Shown here: piece after piece, positions 8,189 through 17,475 of the stretch
How positions within the stretch are numbered: position 1 is the first letter of the stretch
Layout: every line of letters starts with the position of its first letter
Assembly (NCBI GenBank): GCA_964655925.1
Contig: CAZZNU010000002.1
Coordinates: forward strand, 1 to 36,096
Direction: 5' to 3'
Source of the DNA: Candidatus Woesearchaeota archaeon
GTDB taxonomy: Archaea; Nanobdellota; Nanobdellia; Pacearchaeales; GW2011-AR1
Length of the DNA stretch: 36,096 nucleotides
The notes under the pieces: generated by a model
What the model was told of the DNA's origin: nothing
Databases searched by the model: none
The model's input: only the letters and a program-made list of their open reading frames with translations
Position numbers and translations under genes: made by a program

Positions 8189-10729
8189 ATGGCAGTTTTA
8201 ACTCCTGGAATGAGTCAGTATATGAAAATAAAAAATGCTAATCCTGATTGTATCATTTTTTTTAGAATGGGGGACTTTTACGAGACTTTTTTTGAAGATG
8301 CTAAATTAATTTCTAAAGAATTGGAGATAACTTTGACATCTAGAGGAAAAAATGAGTCAAAGGCGCCATTAGCCGGAATCCCACATCATGCCATTGAACC
8401 ATATTTAGCTAAATTAGTTAAAAGAGGATATAAGGTTGGGATAGTTGAACAGGTAGAGGACCCTAAATTTGCAAAGGGATTAGTAAAAAGAGAACTTGTT
8501 AGAATAATTACACCTGGGACTGTTATAGAAAATACCATTTTAGAAAGAGGATTAAATAATTACATTGCTTGTATTTCTGAAGCGGACAGATATGTTGGTA
8601 TTTCTTATTGCGATGTTTCTACAGGAGAGTTTTCCAGTTGCAAAGTTAAAAGTGATGATTTTTTGGGAGAATTAAATAGAATTTCACCTGCTGAAGTGAT
8701 AATTCCTAGTTCACTAAAGAAATCAAAAATAGTTGAATTATTAGAAGAAAGAGAATTTTTGATAAACGAGTATGATAATTATTGTTTTTATTTTCAGAAT
8801 GCTAAAGATATATTGCTAAAACATTTTGAAGTATTAAATTTAGATGGATTTGGTCTTAATGATAATTTAGTTATAGAGGTTTCCGGTGCACTATTAAGTT
8901 ATATTAAAGAGAAACAAAAAAACTCTCTTAAACACTTTAAAAAAATAAATGTGTACCAAATAAGCGATTACATGTTTTTAGATAATGCTACCATAAAAAA
9001 TTTAGAGTTATTGAAAAATACTGTTTCTAAAAATGACAATGCTACATTAATTTCTGTTCTAGATAAAACACAAACATCCATGGGGAAAAGGCTACTAAAA
9101 AAATGGATAGTTTCGCCTTTAATTCAAAAAGAAAAAATTCAAGAAAGACTAGAAGCAGTAGAGGAATTAAAAGAAAATATGATTTTGAGGTATGATTTTA
9201 TGGAATTATTAAAGAATGTGTATGATATGGAAAGATTAATTGCTAGAGTAAGCTTCGGGAACGCTAATCCCAAGGATGTTATCTCTCTTGGGAACTCTCT
9301 AAAATATGTTCCTGAATTAAAAGAATTAATAGCAAAATGTGATTCAAAAATGTTTGATAAGTTCAAAAATATCCCTGAATTAAAAGAAGCTCAAAATATA
9401 ATAATTAATGCAATTAAGGATGAGCCATCTACTCTGTTAAAAGAGGGGAACATCATCCGCCCTGGATACAACAAAGAACTTGATGACTTAAGGATTTTAA
9501 GTAGAGATGCAAGAACTTATTTAGCGGAAGTCGAAGATAGAGAAAGAGAAAAAAGTGGTATCAAAAACTTAAGGATTAGATACAATAAAATCATTGGATA
9601 TTTTATAGAAGTGACTAAAGGAAACTTGGATTTGGTTCCAGAATATTTTATTAGAAAGCAATCGCAAGTAAATAGTGAGAGATTTGTAACTGAAGAACTA
9701 AAAGAGTTAGAGATAAAAATATTAGGTGCACAAGATAAAATCTATGATTTAGAATATAATTTGTTTATGGAAGTAATAGAGAATTTGAAAGTATATATTT
9801 CAGAGATACAAGAAGTCTCTTCATGTGTTGCTATTATTGATTGCATCACCTCACTTTCAATTGTTGCGCAAGAAAAAAATTATTGCAAGCCAATATTGAA
9901 CTCTGAATCCAAAATAGAATTAATTGAATCAAGACACCCCGTTGTAGAAGCTTTTAGTCAAATTGATTTCATAACCAATGACTGTTACTTAGATAATAAT
10001 AACAGAACTATGATAATAACTGGCCCAAACATGGCCGGAAAGTCTACATATTTGCGTCAAATCGCATTGATTGCTTTAATGGCTCAGGTTGGCTCTTTTG
10101 TTCCGGCAAAATATGCAAATGTCTGTGTAGTTGATAGAGTATTTTCTAGAATTGGAGCATATGATGACTTGGTAAATCATCAATCTACATTTATGGTAGA
10201 AATGAATGAAACAGCAAATATACTAAATAATGCTACAGAAAAAAGTTTGGTCATATTAGATGAAATCGGTCGAGGAACTTCTACCTTTGATGGAGTAAGT
10301 TTAGCATGGGCTATTGCTGAATTCTTAAATAATGAAATAAAGTGTAAAACTCTTTTTGCTACTCACTATCATCATTTAAACAAATTATCTGAAAAGTTCT
10401 CTGGTATAAATAATTTTAATATTGCAGTGGAAGAATATGAAGATAAAATACTATTTTTAAGAAAAATTATAAAAGGTGGAACTGATAAGAGTTATGGTAT
10501 TCAAGTAGCGAAACTAGCTGGAATACCAGACAGTGTAATTAATTGTGCCAAAAATGTTATGAATCTAATAGAGCTTGAAGACAATATCAGTGATAAAATT
10601 GACTTAGAAAAAGAAGCAGATAATTCATTAATAGAAAAAGAAATAAAAGAAAAAATCGAGAGGGAAACTAAAGAAAAACTAACTAGAAAAATAAATGAAC
10701 TACTGAGGAGAATTGAAAATGACGATTAA
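8189..10729 (+). CDS. mutS: DNA mismatch repair protein MutS (bacterial MutS1 type)
   Basis: 846 aa. N-terminal mismatch-binding motif TPGMSQYMKIK...GDFYETF, Walker A GPNMAGKST, DEIGRGTST, and a C-terminal K/E-rich coiled tail. Confidence 0.95.
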   Translation: MAVLTPGMSQYMKIKNANPDCIIFFRMGDFYETFFEDAKLISKELEITLTSRGKNESKAPLAGIPHHAIEPYLAKLVKRGYKVGIVEQVEDPKFAKGLVKRELVRIITPGTVIENTILERGLNNYIACISEADRYVGISYCDVSTGEFSSCKVKSDDFLGELNRISPAEVIIPSSLKKSKIVELLEEREFLINEYDNYCFYFQNAKDILLKHFEVLNLDGFGLNDNLVIEVSGALLSYIKEKQKNSLKHFKKINVYQISDYMFLDNATIKNLELLKNTVSKNDNATLISVLDKTQTSMGKRLLKKWIVSPLIQKEKIQERLEAVEELKENMILRYDFMELLKNVYDMERLIARVSFGNANPKDVISLGNSLKYVPELKELIAKCDSKMFDKFKNIPELKEAQNIIINAIKDEPSTLLKEGNIIRPGYNKELDDLRILSRDARTYLAEVEDREREKSGIKNLRIRYNKIIGYFIEVTKGNLDLVPEYFIRKQSQVNSERFVTEELKELEIKILGAQDKIYDLEYNLFMEVIENLKVYISEIQEVSSCVAIIDCITSLSIVAQEKNYCKPILNSESKIELIESRHPVVEAFSQIDFITNDCYLDNNNRTMIITGPNMAGKSTYLRQIALIALMAQVGSFVPAKYANVCVVDRVFSRIGAYDDLVNHQSTFMVEMNETANILNNATEKSLVILDEIGRGTSTFDGVSLAWAIAEFLNNEIKCKTLFATHYHHLNKLSEKFSGINNFNIAVEEYEDKILFLRKIIKGGTDKSYGIQVAKLAGIPDSVINCAKNVMNLIELEDNISDKIDLEKEADNSLIEKEIKEKIERETKEKLTRKINELLRRIENDD

Positions 10730-12449
10730 AACACTAGATGAATCTACAATCAATAAGATTGCAGCTGGAGAAGTAATAGAAAGACCTGCAAACATCGTAA
10801 AAGAACTATTAGAAAATAGTTTTGATGCAGGTGCTGATTACATCAAAATTGAAATTGAAAATGCAGGTCTAGATAAAATAAAAATATCTGATAATGGGCA
10901 TGGCATGGATAAAGATGATTGCTTGCTTTCAATTAAGCGTCATACAACTTCAAAGATTAATAATGAATTTGACTTATACAATATACAATCTTTAGGTTTC
11001 CGCGGAGAGGCATTAGGTTCTATCTCTGAAGTTTCTAATATAAAAATCATTACAAAAAGGGCAGAAGATGAACTAGGAACATTAATGGAAGCAGTGGGAG
11101 GTAAAGTTACAAAAGTAGAACCTACAATTAGTAAAAGCGGTACTATTATTGAGATTACTAATCTATTTTTTAATATGCCGGTCAAGAAAGAATTCCTTAA
11201 ATCTAATGAACTTGAGTTTTCTCAAATTTTAAAAATAGTTTCTAAATATGCATTAATTAAAAAAAATGCTTCTATTATTTTAGTACATAACGGAAAAGAG
11301 ATAATTAACTCTCCTAAAACTGATAATTTCCTAAATAATGTTATGTTTATTTTAGGAGTAGAAAATGGACGAAATTTAATAGAAGTTAATTATAAGGACG
11401 AAGGAATTTCTGTTTTAGGATTTATATCAAGACCTAACCTAACGAGAGCAGACAAGAATGAACAATCTATTTATGTTAATCAAAGATATGTGAAAGATAA
11501 AATCATTAGTGATGCCGTCTATGATGCATATAAGACTTTATTATTTGTTAATCGTCATCCTATTTTTGTGTTGGATGTTAGAATAAACTCTTCACTAACA
11601 GATGTTAATGTTCATCCTGCAAAAGAAATTATCAAATTTAAAAATGAGAAAGAAGTTTATAAAAGTGTTTTCACAGCTATAAAATCTACACTCTCTAAAG
11701 CCAACCTAATCGTTGACACAAGCCTAGATGGCGAAGGAAAAGACAGTCCTGCGAAAATTTACAATATGTATTCAGATAGGCAAACTAATTTGTTCAAAGA
11801 AGATATTCAATACAATATTACAAAGGAAAATCCTACTTTTATTAAAGATATGGATTTAACGCAAAACACTTTCGGTAAATTAAAAGTTTTAGGACAAATA
11901 AACAAAACTTTTATTATTTGTGAATCTTTGGATGGACTTGTTTTGTTTGATCAACACGCTGCAGAAGAAAGAATAAATTTTGAAAAATTCACAAAAGAAC
12001 TTAGAGACAATGCAATAAAGAAACAGCAACTTTTAGAAAAAAGAATATTAGAGTTAAATCCTGAACAAAAAAATATAGCCATGTACTTCAAGAATTTCTT
12101 ATATAAGATTGGTTTTGAATTCGAGGACTTTGACACCAACACTATAAAACTTTCTACTGTTCCCGAAATATTTGGACGTTTAAAATCTACACTCTTCATT
12201 GATATACTAAATGAACTTTTAAAGGATAAAGTAGAGATAATGGATGATGAAATAGAGTCTAGAATTGCCCGGTTCTCTTGCCGTGCTAGTGTAAAAGCTG
12301 GAGATGAATTAACACACGATGAAATTTTAAATTTAATTACAAGACTTGAAAAATGCGAGAACCCCTTTTCTTGCCCACATGGAAGACCCACTATAATAAA
12401 AATATCAGTTTCTGAACTAGAAAGAAAGTTTAAGAGAACTGGATGGTAA
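10719..12449 (+). CDS. mutL: DNA mismatch repair protein MutL (endonuclease-proficient type)
   Basis: GHKL ATPase N-terminus (AAGEVIERP, ELLENSFDAG, DNGHGM). C-terminal DQHAAEERINFE (DQHAxxExxxxE), SCRASVKAGD and CPHGRPT motifs. ATG 10719 is preceded by GAGGAG and overlaps the mutS stop. The track start at 10713 is a TTG. Confidence 0.93.
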   Translation: MTIKTLDESTINKIAAGEVIERPANIVKELLENSFDAGADYIKIEIENAGLDKIKISDNGHGMDKDDCLLSIKRHTTSKINNEFDLYNIQSLGFRGEALGSISEVSNIKIITKRAEDELGTLMEAVGGKVTKVEPTISKSGTIIEITNLFFNMPVKKEFLKSNELEFSQILKIVSKYALIKKNASIILVHNGKEIINSPKTDNFLNNVMFILGVENGRNLIEVNYKDEGISVLGFISRPNLTRADKNEQSIYVNQRYVKDKIISDAVYDAYKTLLFVNRHPIFVLDVRINSSLTDVNVHPAKEIIKFKNEKEVYKSVFTAIKSTLSKANLIVDTSLDGEGKDSPAKIYNMYSDRQTNLFKEDIQYNITKENPTFIKDMDLTQNTFGKLKVLGQINKTFIICESLDGLVLFDQHAAEERINFEKFTKELRDNAIKKQQLLEKRILELNPEQKNIAMYFKNFLYKIGFEFEDFDTNTIKLSTVPEIFGRLKSTLFIDILNELLKDKVEIMDDEIESRIARFSCRASVKAGDELTHDEILNLITRLEKCENPFSCPHGRPTIIKISVSELERKFKRTGW

Positions 12450-12458
12450 ATCTGCAAT

Positions 12459-15113
12459 CTATTGTTCTAAATTTAATATCTGCCTTTTATTATTTATTCT
12501 CTTAAATGTATCAAATAAAAATACAAATAGTACACTGAGTAGTGTGCATACTAGCCAATCAGTAATTGGCAAGGGTATTGTTTCAAATATTATGTTTATC
12601 GGTGTATAAATTATTAATATTGTTGCTAATATGGATACACCTGATGCAATAGCTAAATATGGATTAATGAACGGAGAACGGTTAAGGGCAGTTTTTCTAA
12701 AGCTTCTAAAGCAGAATGCACCGGCTATTTCTATTACTATCAAGGCCAAAAGTGCTGTCGTTCTAGCATCTTTTATGTCTTGTCCTAATACTGTAAATGT
12801 GACATAGAATGATAGTACTACGAATATCCCAGCAACAACTGCAGAACCTGCAATTAATTTTATTAAATCTTTATTCAATATTGAAGCGTTTTTACGAGGT
12901 TTTTCTAGCATTATATCTTTTGAAGATTTGTTTAGTCCTAATGTTATTGCTGGTAAATTATCAGTTACCATGTTCATGAAAAGAATTTGGATTGCCAATA
13001 ATATGGGTATTGGCCAACCTAAAGTGGGAGCTAATAACACTCCTAAAAACAAAACTATGAACTCGGCAACATTACATGAAAGAAGATATGTTACGAATTT
13101 TCTTATATTATTAAAAATTGTTCTCCCTTCTCGTATGGCATCCACGATTGTTACAAAATTATCATCTTTTAAAATTAAATCTGCTACTGAACGAGAAACA
13201 TCAGTACCATTTTTTCCCATCGCTACTCCAATGTGTGCTTCTTTTAATGCTGGAGCATCATTAACTCCATCTCCAGTCATAGTAACTATCTCCCCATTCT
13301 CTTTTAGTGCCTTAACTATTCTTAATTTGTGTTCTGGATTTACCCTTGCGAAAATAACTGTACTTTTAACAATCTTTATCAAATCTTTATCTGTTAATTC
13401 GTCTAATTGAAAGCCTTCTATAATTTTCCCTTTGTTTAAATTAATTTGCTTAGCTATTGCAATAGCTGTTTCTTTATCATCACCTGTAATCATCTTTATT
13501 TTTATTCCAGCTTTTTTACAATCTCTTAAAGCCTCTTTAATACCTTCTCTTGGTGCATCCTCTATCCCTACAAAACCCAAAAATATCAAATCATCTGAAC
13601 TAATTTCTTGATTTATGTCTAATGTTGAAGATTCTTTGTAAGCAAAGGCAATAGTTCTAAGTGAATTAGAAGTCATTTCGTGTTTCGTATTTAGTATTGA
13701 TTCTCTATCTCTTTCTAATAGCCTAAAAACCCCATTCTCCCTTTGTATATATTTACACTTTCTTAATATGTAATCCAATGCTCCTTTAGAGTATACTATT
13801 TTTCTATTCTCATCTTTAGACAATATATGCATTATTTTTTTTTCTGAAGAAAATGGAATTTCATCTAGCCTTTTTTCAAAATCTTCTTTATAGATATTAC
13901 CTTTTGCGGACATAATAAGCAACGATGCTTCTGTTGGTGCTCCAAAAATATTGTATTCACTTTCCTTATTACCAATTCTCTCAATTCTAGCGTCATTACA
14001 TAAAGTTGCATTTTTTAGTAATAGATTTAGTGTCTTATATTTTTTAGGATCTATTTTTGTATCGTCTAATAAAAACTCTCCTTGATTATTATACCCAACC
14101 CCACTTACTGTTATTGAATTGTGATCTGTAAATATTCGTTTTACCGTCATTTCACCTTTTGTTATTGTGCCTGTCTTGTCTGCACATATCACAGTGGTTT
14201 CGCCTAAAGTTTCAATAATGGACATTCTATTTACTATAGCATTTTTCTTTGCCATTTTATACACTCCCACAGAGAGCGTTGTCACAAAAACTACTGGGAG
14301 TGCCTCTGGAAATGACGATACAGACATAGCAATAACTAAAATTAAAATATCAATCATTATTGTTTCGCTAATTGTTCCCATCTGAAAAAGTGTTAGCATA
14401 CCTATTATAATAGAAATTGACAATCCACCTATTGCCATCCACTTTGTTATTTTGTTTACTTTCCTTTGTAATGGTAAATCTTTTTCGGCCGTAGATATAA
14501 GGCTAGCTATTTTTCCTATCTTAGATGACATTCCTGTCTTTGTCACCATTGCTATACATTTTCCCTCTACGATGAAAGAGCCAGAATAAATTAAATTTTC
14601 TTCGTCTGATGTGTTTAAATTTGTTGTAGATTTTTTTCTGATTTCGTCTGATTCTCCTGTAAGAGCAGATTCATTTACTAACAAGTTTTTTTCTGAGATC
14701 ACGACACAGTCTGCAGAAATTTTTTCACCTGTTCTTAATATTAGCATATCTCCAGGAACCACATCTTTGGTTAAAATTTCTTTTTCAACACCGTCTCTAA
14801 TAACTACTGAAACATGAGTTATCATATCTTTTAGCTTCTCTACAGACTTTTCTGCTTTATATTCCTGTATAAATGCAGTCATTATGACTATTAAAATTGT
14901 AAAAAATACTACATAGGCCGTAAGAGATTTCCCAACTATAAATGAAAGAATCATAGAAATTAATAACAAATAAACTACCACATTTTTCCTTACTTGACGG
15001 AATAATATTTTAAAAGCTGATACCTTGTTTATTTCAAGAATCTCATTAGGACCATAAAGTTCATACCTATCTTTTGCTTCTTTAGATGTTAATCCTTGTA
15101 TTTTGTTAGACAT
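12459..15113 (-). CDS. Cation-transporting P-type ATPase (P2/Ca2+-ATPase-like)
   Basis: 884 aa. TGES, phosphorylation site ICADKTGTITKG, TM4 PEALP, MITGDD and TGDGVNDAPALK. GGTGA Shine-Dalgarno 5 nt upstream of the ATG. Confidence 0.93.
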   Translation of the reverse strand: MSNKIQGLTSKEAKDRYELYGPNEILEINKVSAFKILFRQVRKNVVVYLLLISMILSFIVGKSLTAYVVFFTILIVIMTAFIQEYKAEKSVEKLKDMITHVSVVIRDGVEKEILTKDVVPGDMLILRTGEKISADCVVISEKNLLVNESALTGESDEIRKKSTTNLNTSDEENLIYSGSFIVEGKCIAMVTKTGMSSKIGKIASLISTAEKDLPLQRKVNKITKWMAIGGLSISIIIGMLTLFQMGTISETIMIDILILVIAMSVSSFPEALPVVFVTTLSVGVYKMAKKNAIVNRMSIIETLGETTVICADKTGTITKGEMTVKRIFTDHNSITVSGVGYNNQGEFLLDDTKIDPKKYKTLNLLLKNATLCNDARIERIGNKESEYNIFGAPTEASLLIMSAKGNIYKEDFEKRLDEIPFSSEKKIMHILSKDENRKIVYSKGALDYILRKCKYIQRENGVFRLLERDRESILNTKHEMTSNSLRTIAFAYKESSTLDINQEISSDDLIFLGFVGIEDAPREGIKEALRDCKKAGIKIKMITGDDKETAIAIAKQINLNKGKIIEGFQLDELTDKDLIKIVKSTVIFARVNPEHKLRIVKALKENGEIVTMTGDGVNDAPALKEAHIGVAMGKNGTDVSRSVADLILKDDNFVTIVDAIREGRTIFNNIRKFVTYLLSCNVAEFIVLFLGVLLAPTLGWPIPILLAIQILFMNMVTDNLPAITLGLNKSSKDIMLEKPRKNASILNKDLIKLIAGSAVVAGIFVVLSFYVTFTVLGQDIKDARTTALLALIVIEIAGAFCFRSFRKTALNRSPFINPYLAIASGVSILATILIIYTPINIIFETIPLPITDWLVCTLLSVLFVFLFDTFKRINNKRQILNLEQ

Positions 15114-15202
15114 ATAATCACCTTTTAATAAAGAATAAAAGAATAAAACATTTATAAGTTTTTTTGATTTTTTCGAGGATAAGATTAATTTTTATAAAAA
15201 CA

Positions 15203-15210
15203 TTTAAAAT
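15203..15210 (+). promoter_or_regulatory. TATA-like box (TTTAAAAT) upstream of map
   Basis: Lies 22-29 nt upstream of ATG 15232. A second TTTATAAAAA occurs at 15191-15200. Confidence 0.35.
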
Positions 15211-15231
15211 ATAGTTCAAATTGGTTTGTCT

Positions 15232-16134
15232 ATGGATGCATATGCAATAGAATGTTACAAAAAAGCTGGAGAAATATCTACCAGAGTAAAAAATCTTTTA
15301 GATAAGTTTGTAAAAGCTGATATGAAATTATTGGATATTGCAGAATTCATTGAACAAAAGATAATTGAATATGGTGCTATTCCTGCTTTTCCTACAAACT
15401 TAAGTATGAACGAGGTAGCTGCCCATTACACGCCCATCCCTAATGACAATAAAACTGCTAATGGACTTTTAAAAATTGATTTTGGCGTTTGTGTAGATGG
15501 TTATATTGCAGACAATGCGATTAGCTTTGACTTAACAAAAGAAAATAGATACAAAGAAATGATTGAATTAAATAATATGATTTTAGAAAAAATTAACAAA
15601 TCTATAAACTGTAGTTTTTTAGTAAAAGATATAGGAGAAATTGCAGTTAATTGTTTAAATGATTTCAATGAAAAGAACAATAGCAATTTTAAATTAATCC
15701 GTAATTTGTGTGGGCATGGACTAGATAGAGATAAAATACATACTGGACTTATAATTCCAAACTATAAAAACAATTCAAATGAAACACTTAAAGGAGTAGC
15801 ATTTGCTGTTGAACCGTTTATTACAGACGGGAACGGAGAAATATATGAAGGAGCTCCTGGAAATATTTATATATTGAATTCAGAGATAATTCCAAGAAGT
15901 AGAGAAGAGAGAAAAATTATTGATTTTGTGAAAAAGGAATATAAAACAAGACCCTTTTGTGAAAGATGGTTGGTTAATTCTGGATTTAAAATGACAAAGT
16001 ACTTTTTGAAAAATCTTGAAAATAGTAAAATAATTTACCAATATCCACTGTTAATTGAAAAAAGCAAAGGAATCGTTAGCCAGGTGGAAAATTCTTTTGT
16101 TTGTACAGATGAGGATGTATTTATACTAATATAA
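15232..16134 (+). CDS. map: Methionine aminopeptidase, type 2 (archaeal)
   Basis: About 300 aa with a pita-bread fold pattern: AAHYTP, DFGVCVDGYIADNA, CGHG, AVEPF, and a C-terminal helical insert typical of type 2. ATG at 15232; the track start at 15226 is a TTG. Confidence 0.9.
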   Translation: MDAYAIECYKKAGEISTRVKNLLDKFVKADMKLLDIAEFIEQKIIEYGAIPAFPTNLSMNEVAAHYTPIPNDNKTANGLLKIDFGVCVDGYIADNAISFDLTKENRYKEMIELNNMILEKINKSINCSFLVKDIGEIAVNCLNDFNEKNNSNFKLIRNLCGHGLDRDKIHTGLIIPNYKNNSNETLKGVAFAVEPFITDGNGEIYEGAPGNIYILNSEIIPRSREERKIIDFVKKEYKTRPFCERWLVNSGFKMTKYFLKNLENSKIIYQYPLLIEKSKGIVSQVENSFVCTDEDVFILI

Positions 16135-16173
16135 TTTCGTTATGTTTAAATATATATAATACTATTTTTTTGT

Positions 16174-16668
16174 ATGAAAAGGATGGTGTATAGTCTTGAT
16201 AGTTTATTGAGATTTAGAAGAAGGAAGATAATTATTTCTATTATTTTAGTGATTATTTTGGGGTTCATTTTGGGATATTTCTTAACACACTATAATAGAT
16301 GTAACGACTTTGATTGTTTTAAAGAAAATTTAGCAGAATGCAAGAAGACGAAATTTGCCGGAGGAGACAACATAATATATGGATATATTATAGAAGGAAC
16401 AACAAATGGGAAATGTGTAGTAAGTGTTGAATTGTTAGAAGGAAAATTAACAAATCATGATACATCTATTTTGAAGGGGAAGTCTATGGTATGTTATTTG
16501 GATTATGGTGTTGTCTCGTTACCCGAATCAGACCTATCTAAATGCCATGGGGAACTCAAAGAAGCGCTACAAGAACAAGTTATTAATAAGCTATACACTT
16601 ATCTGATACAAAATTTAGGACAAATAAATAGGAATTTAATAGATCCACTTAGTGTTATAAATGAGTAA
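16174..16668 (+). CDS. Hypothetical N-terminally anchored, Cys-containing extracytoplasmic protein
   Basis: 164-aa ORF. Basic stretch RFRRRK, then a TM helix IIISIILVIILGFILGYFL, then six Cys in the remainder. Overlaps the next gene by 8 nt. No family recognised. Confidence 0.6.
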   Translation: MKRMVYSLDSLLRFRRRKIIISIILVIILGFILGYFLTHYNRCNDFDCFKENLAECKKTKFAGGDNIIYGYIIEGTTNGKCVVSVELLEGKLTNHDTSILKGKSMVCYLDYGVVSLPESDLSKCHGELKEALQEQVINKLYTYLIQNLGQINRNLIDPLSVINE

Positions 16669-17437
16669 AATTAAAATTGGTCCTTCAGGTGTTGGGCCTG
16701 TGAAGGATATTATAAATAATTTGGAAAGGTTCTCTAGAGCTGGAATTTCTGTAGCTGAGATTACATTTACTTATAGTGTCTATATAAATAAAGATGATGC
16801 CATTAAAATTAAGGAAGCTGCCGATAAATTTGGTATAGAACTTTCAATTCATGCCCCCTATTACATAAATCTTAATTCTGATGATGAGAAAAAACTTAGT
16901 GCTTCAAAGCAAAGAATAATAAAATGTTGTGAGATTGGGCATTTAATTGGGGCGAGGCAGATAGTTATACATTCAGGGTTTTATTCTAAAAAAAGTCCTG
17001 AGGAAACTTATGAAAATATAAAAAAATCTATTATAGAATTGATGGAAATAATCAAGAAAAATAATTGGGATGTAGAGTTAGCACCTGAGGTGATGGGAAA
17101 AGTTAATGTATTTGGTTCTATTGAAGAAATATCTAAGCTTGCAAGTGAGACTGGTTGTTCTTTCACGATAGATTTTGCACACATCCTTGCTAGATACAAG
17201 AAGCCTATGCTAGAAGATGTTATATTAGCATTCCCTCAAAAAAAATGGCATTGTCATTTCTCTGGAATTGAATATAACGAAAAAGGAGAAAGAAAACACA
17301 TTAATACTGAAATATCTGAATGGAAAAATTTGTTAGATAGATTAAAAAAATTAGATAAAGAAATTAATATTATTAACGAATCTCCAAATCCGTTTGAGGA
17401 TGCTGTGATGGGAATAAAGTTACTTGGGGAGCAGTAA
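16661..17437 (+). CDS. nfo: AP endonuclease family 2 / endonuclease IV-like TIM-barrel protein
   Basis: 258 aa. Metal-ligand pattern HAPYYINL, VIHSG, APEVMGK, IDFAHI and HCHFSGIEY, as in archaeal endonuclease IV-like proteins. Confidence 0.75.
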   Translation: MSKIKIGPSGVGPVKDIINNLERFSRAGISVAEITFTYSVYINKDDAIKIKEAADKFGIELSIHAPYYINLNSDDEKKLSASKQRIIKCCEIGHLIGARQIVIHSGFYSKKSPEETYENIKKSIIELMEIIKKNNWDVELAPEVMGKVNVFGSIEEISKLASETGCSFTIDFAHILARYKKPMLEDVILAFPQKKWHCHFSGIEYNEKGERKHINTEISEWKNLLDRLKKLDKEINIINESPNPFEDAVMGIKLLGEQ

Positions 17438-17475
17438 ACTGTTTACTGTCAACTGTATACGGTCAACTGTTTACC
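17434..17475 (+). repeat. Heptad array 2: 6 tandem GTNNAC(Y) units filling a convergent gene gap
   Basis: GTAAACT GTTTACT GTCAACT GTATACG GTCAACT GTTTACC. Overlaps the nfo-like stop (17435-17437) and the giant gene stop (17471-17473). Confidence 0.9.

Noticed and set aside
9139-13410. Antisense ORFs 9139..9366, 10940..11185, 11951..12457 and 12928..13410
   Set aside because: They lie opposite mutS, mutL and the P-type ATPase. They have no recognisable motifs and S/F/I/L-rich shadow composition.
14167-17199. Antisense ORFs 14167..14385, 14611..14817, 15501..15686 and 17008..17199
   Set aside because: These are short shadow ORFs within the ATPase, map and endonuclease IV-like genes.
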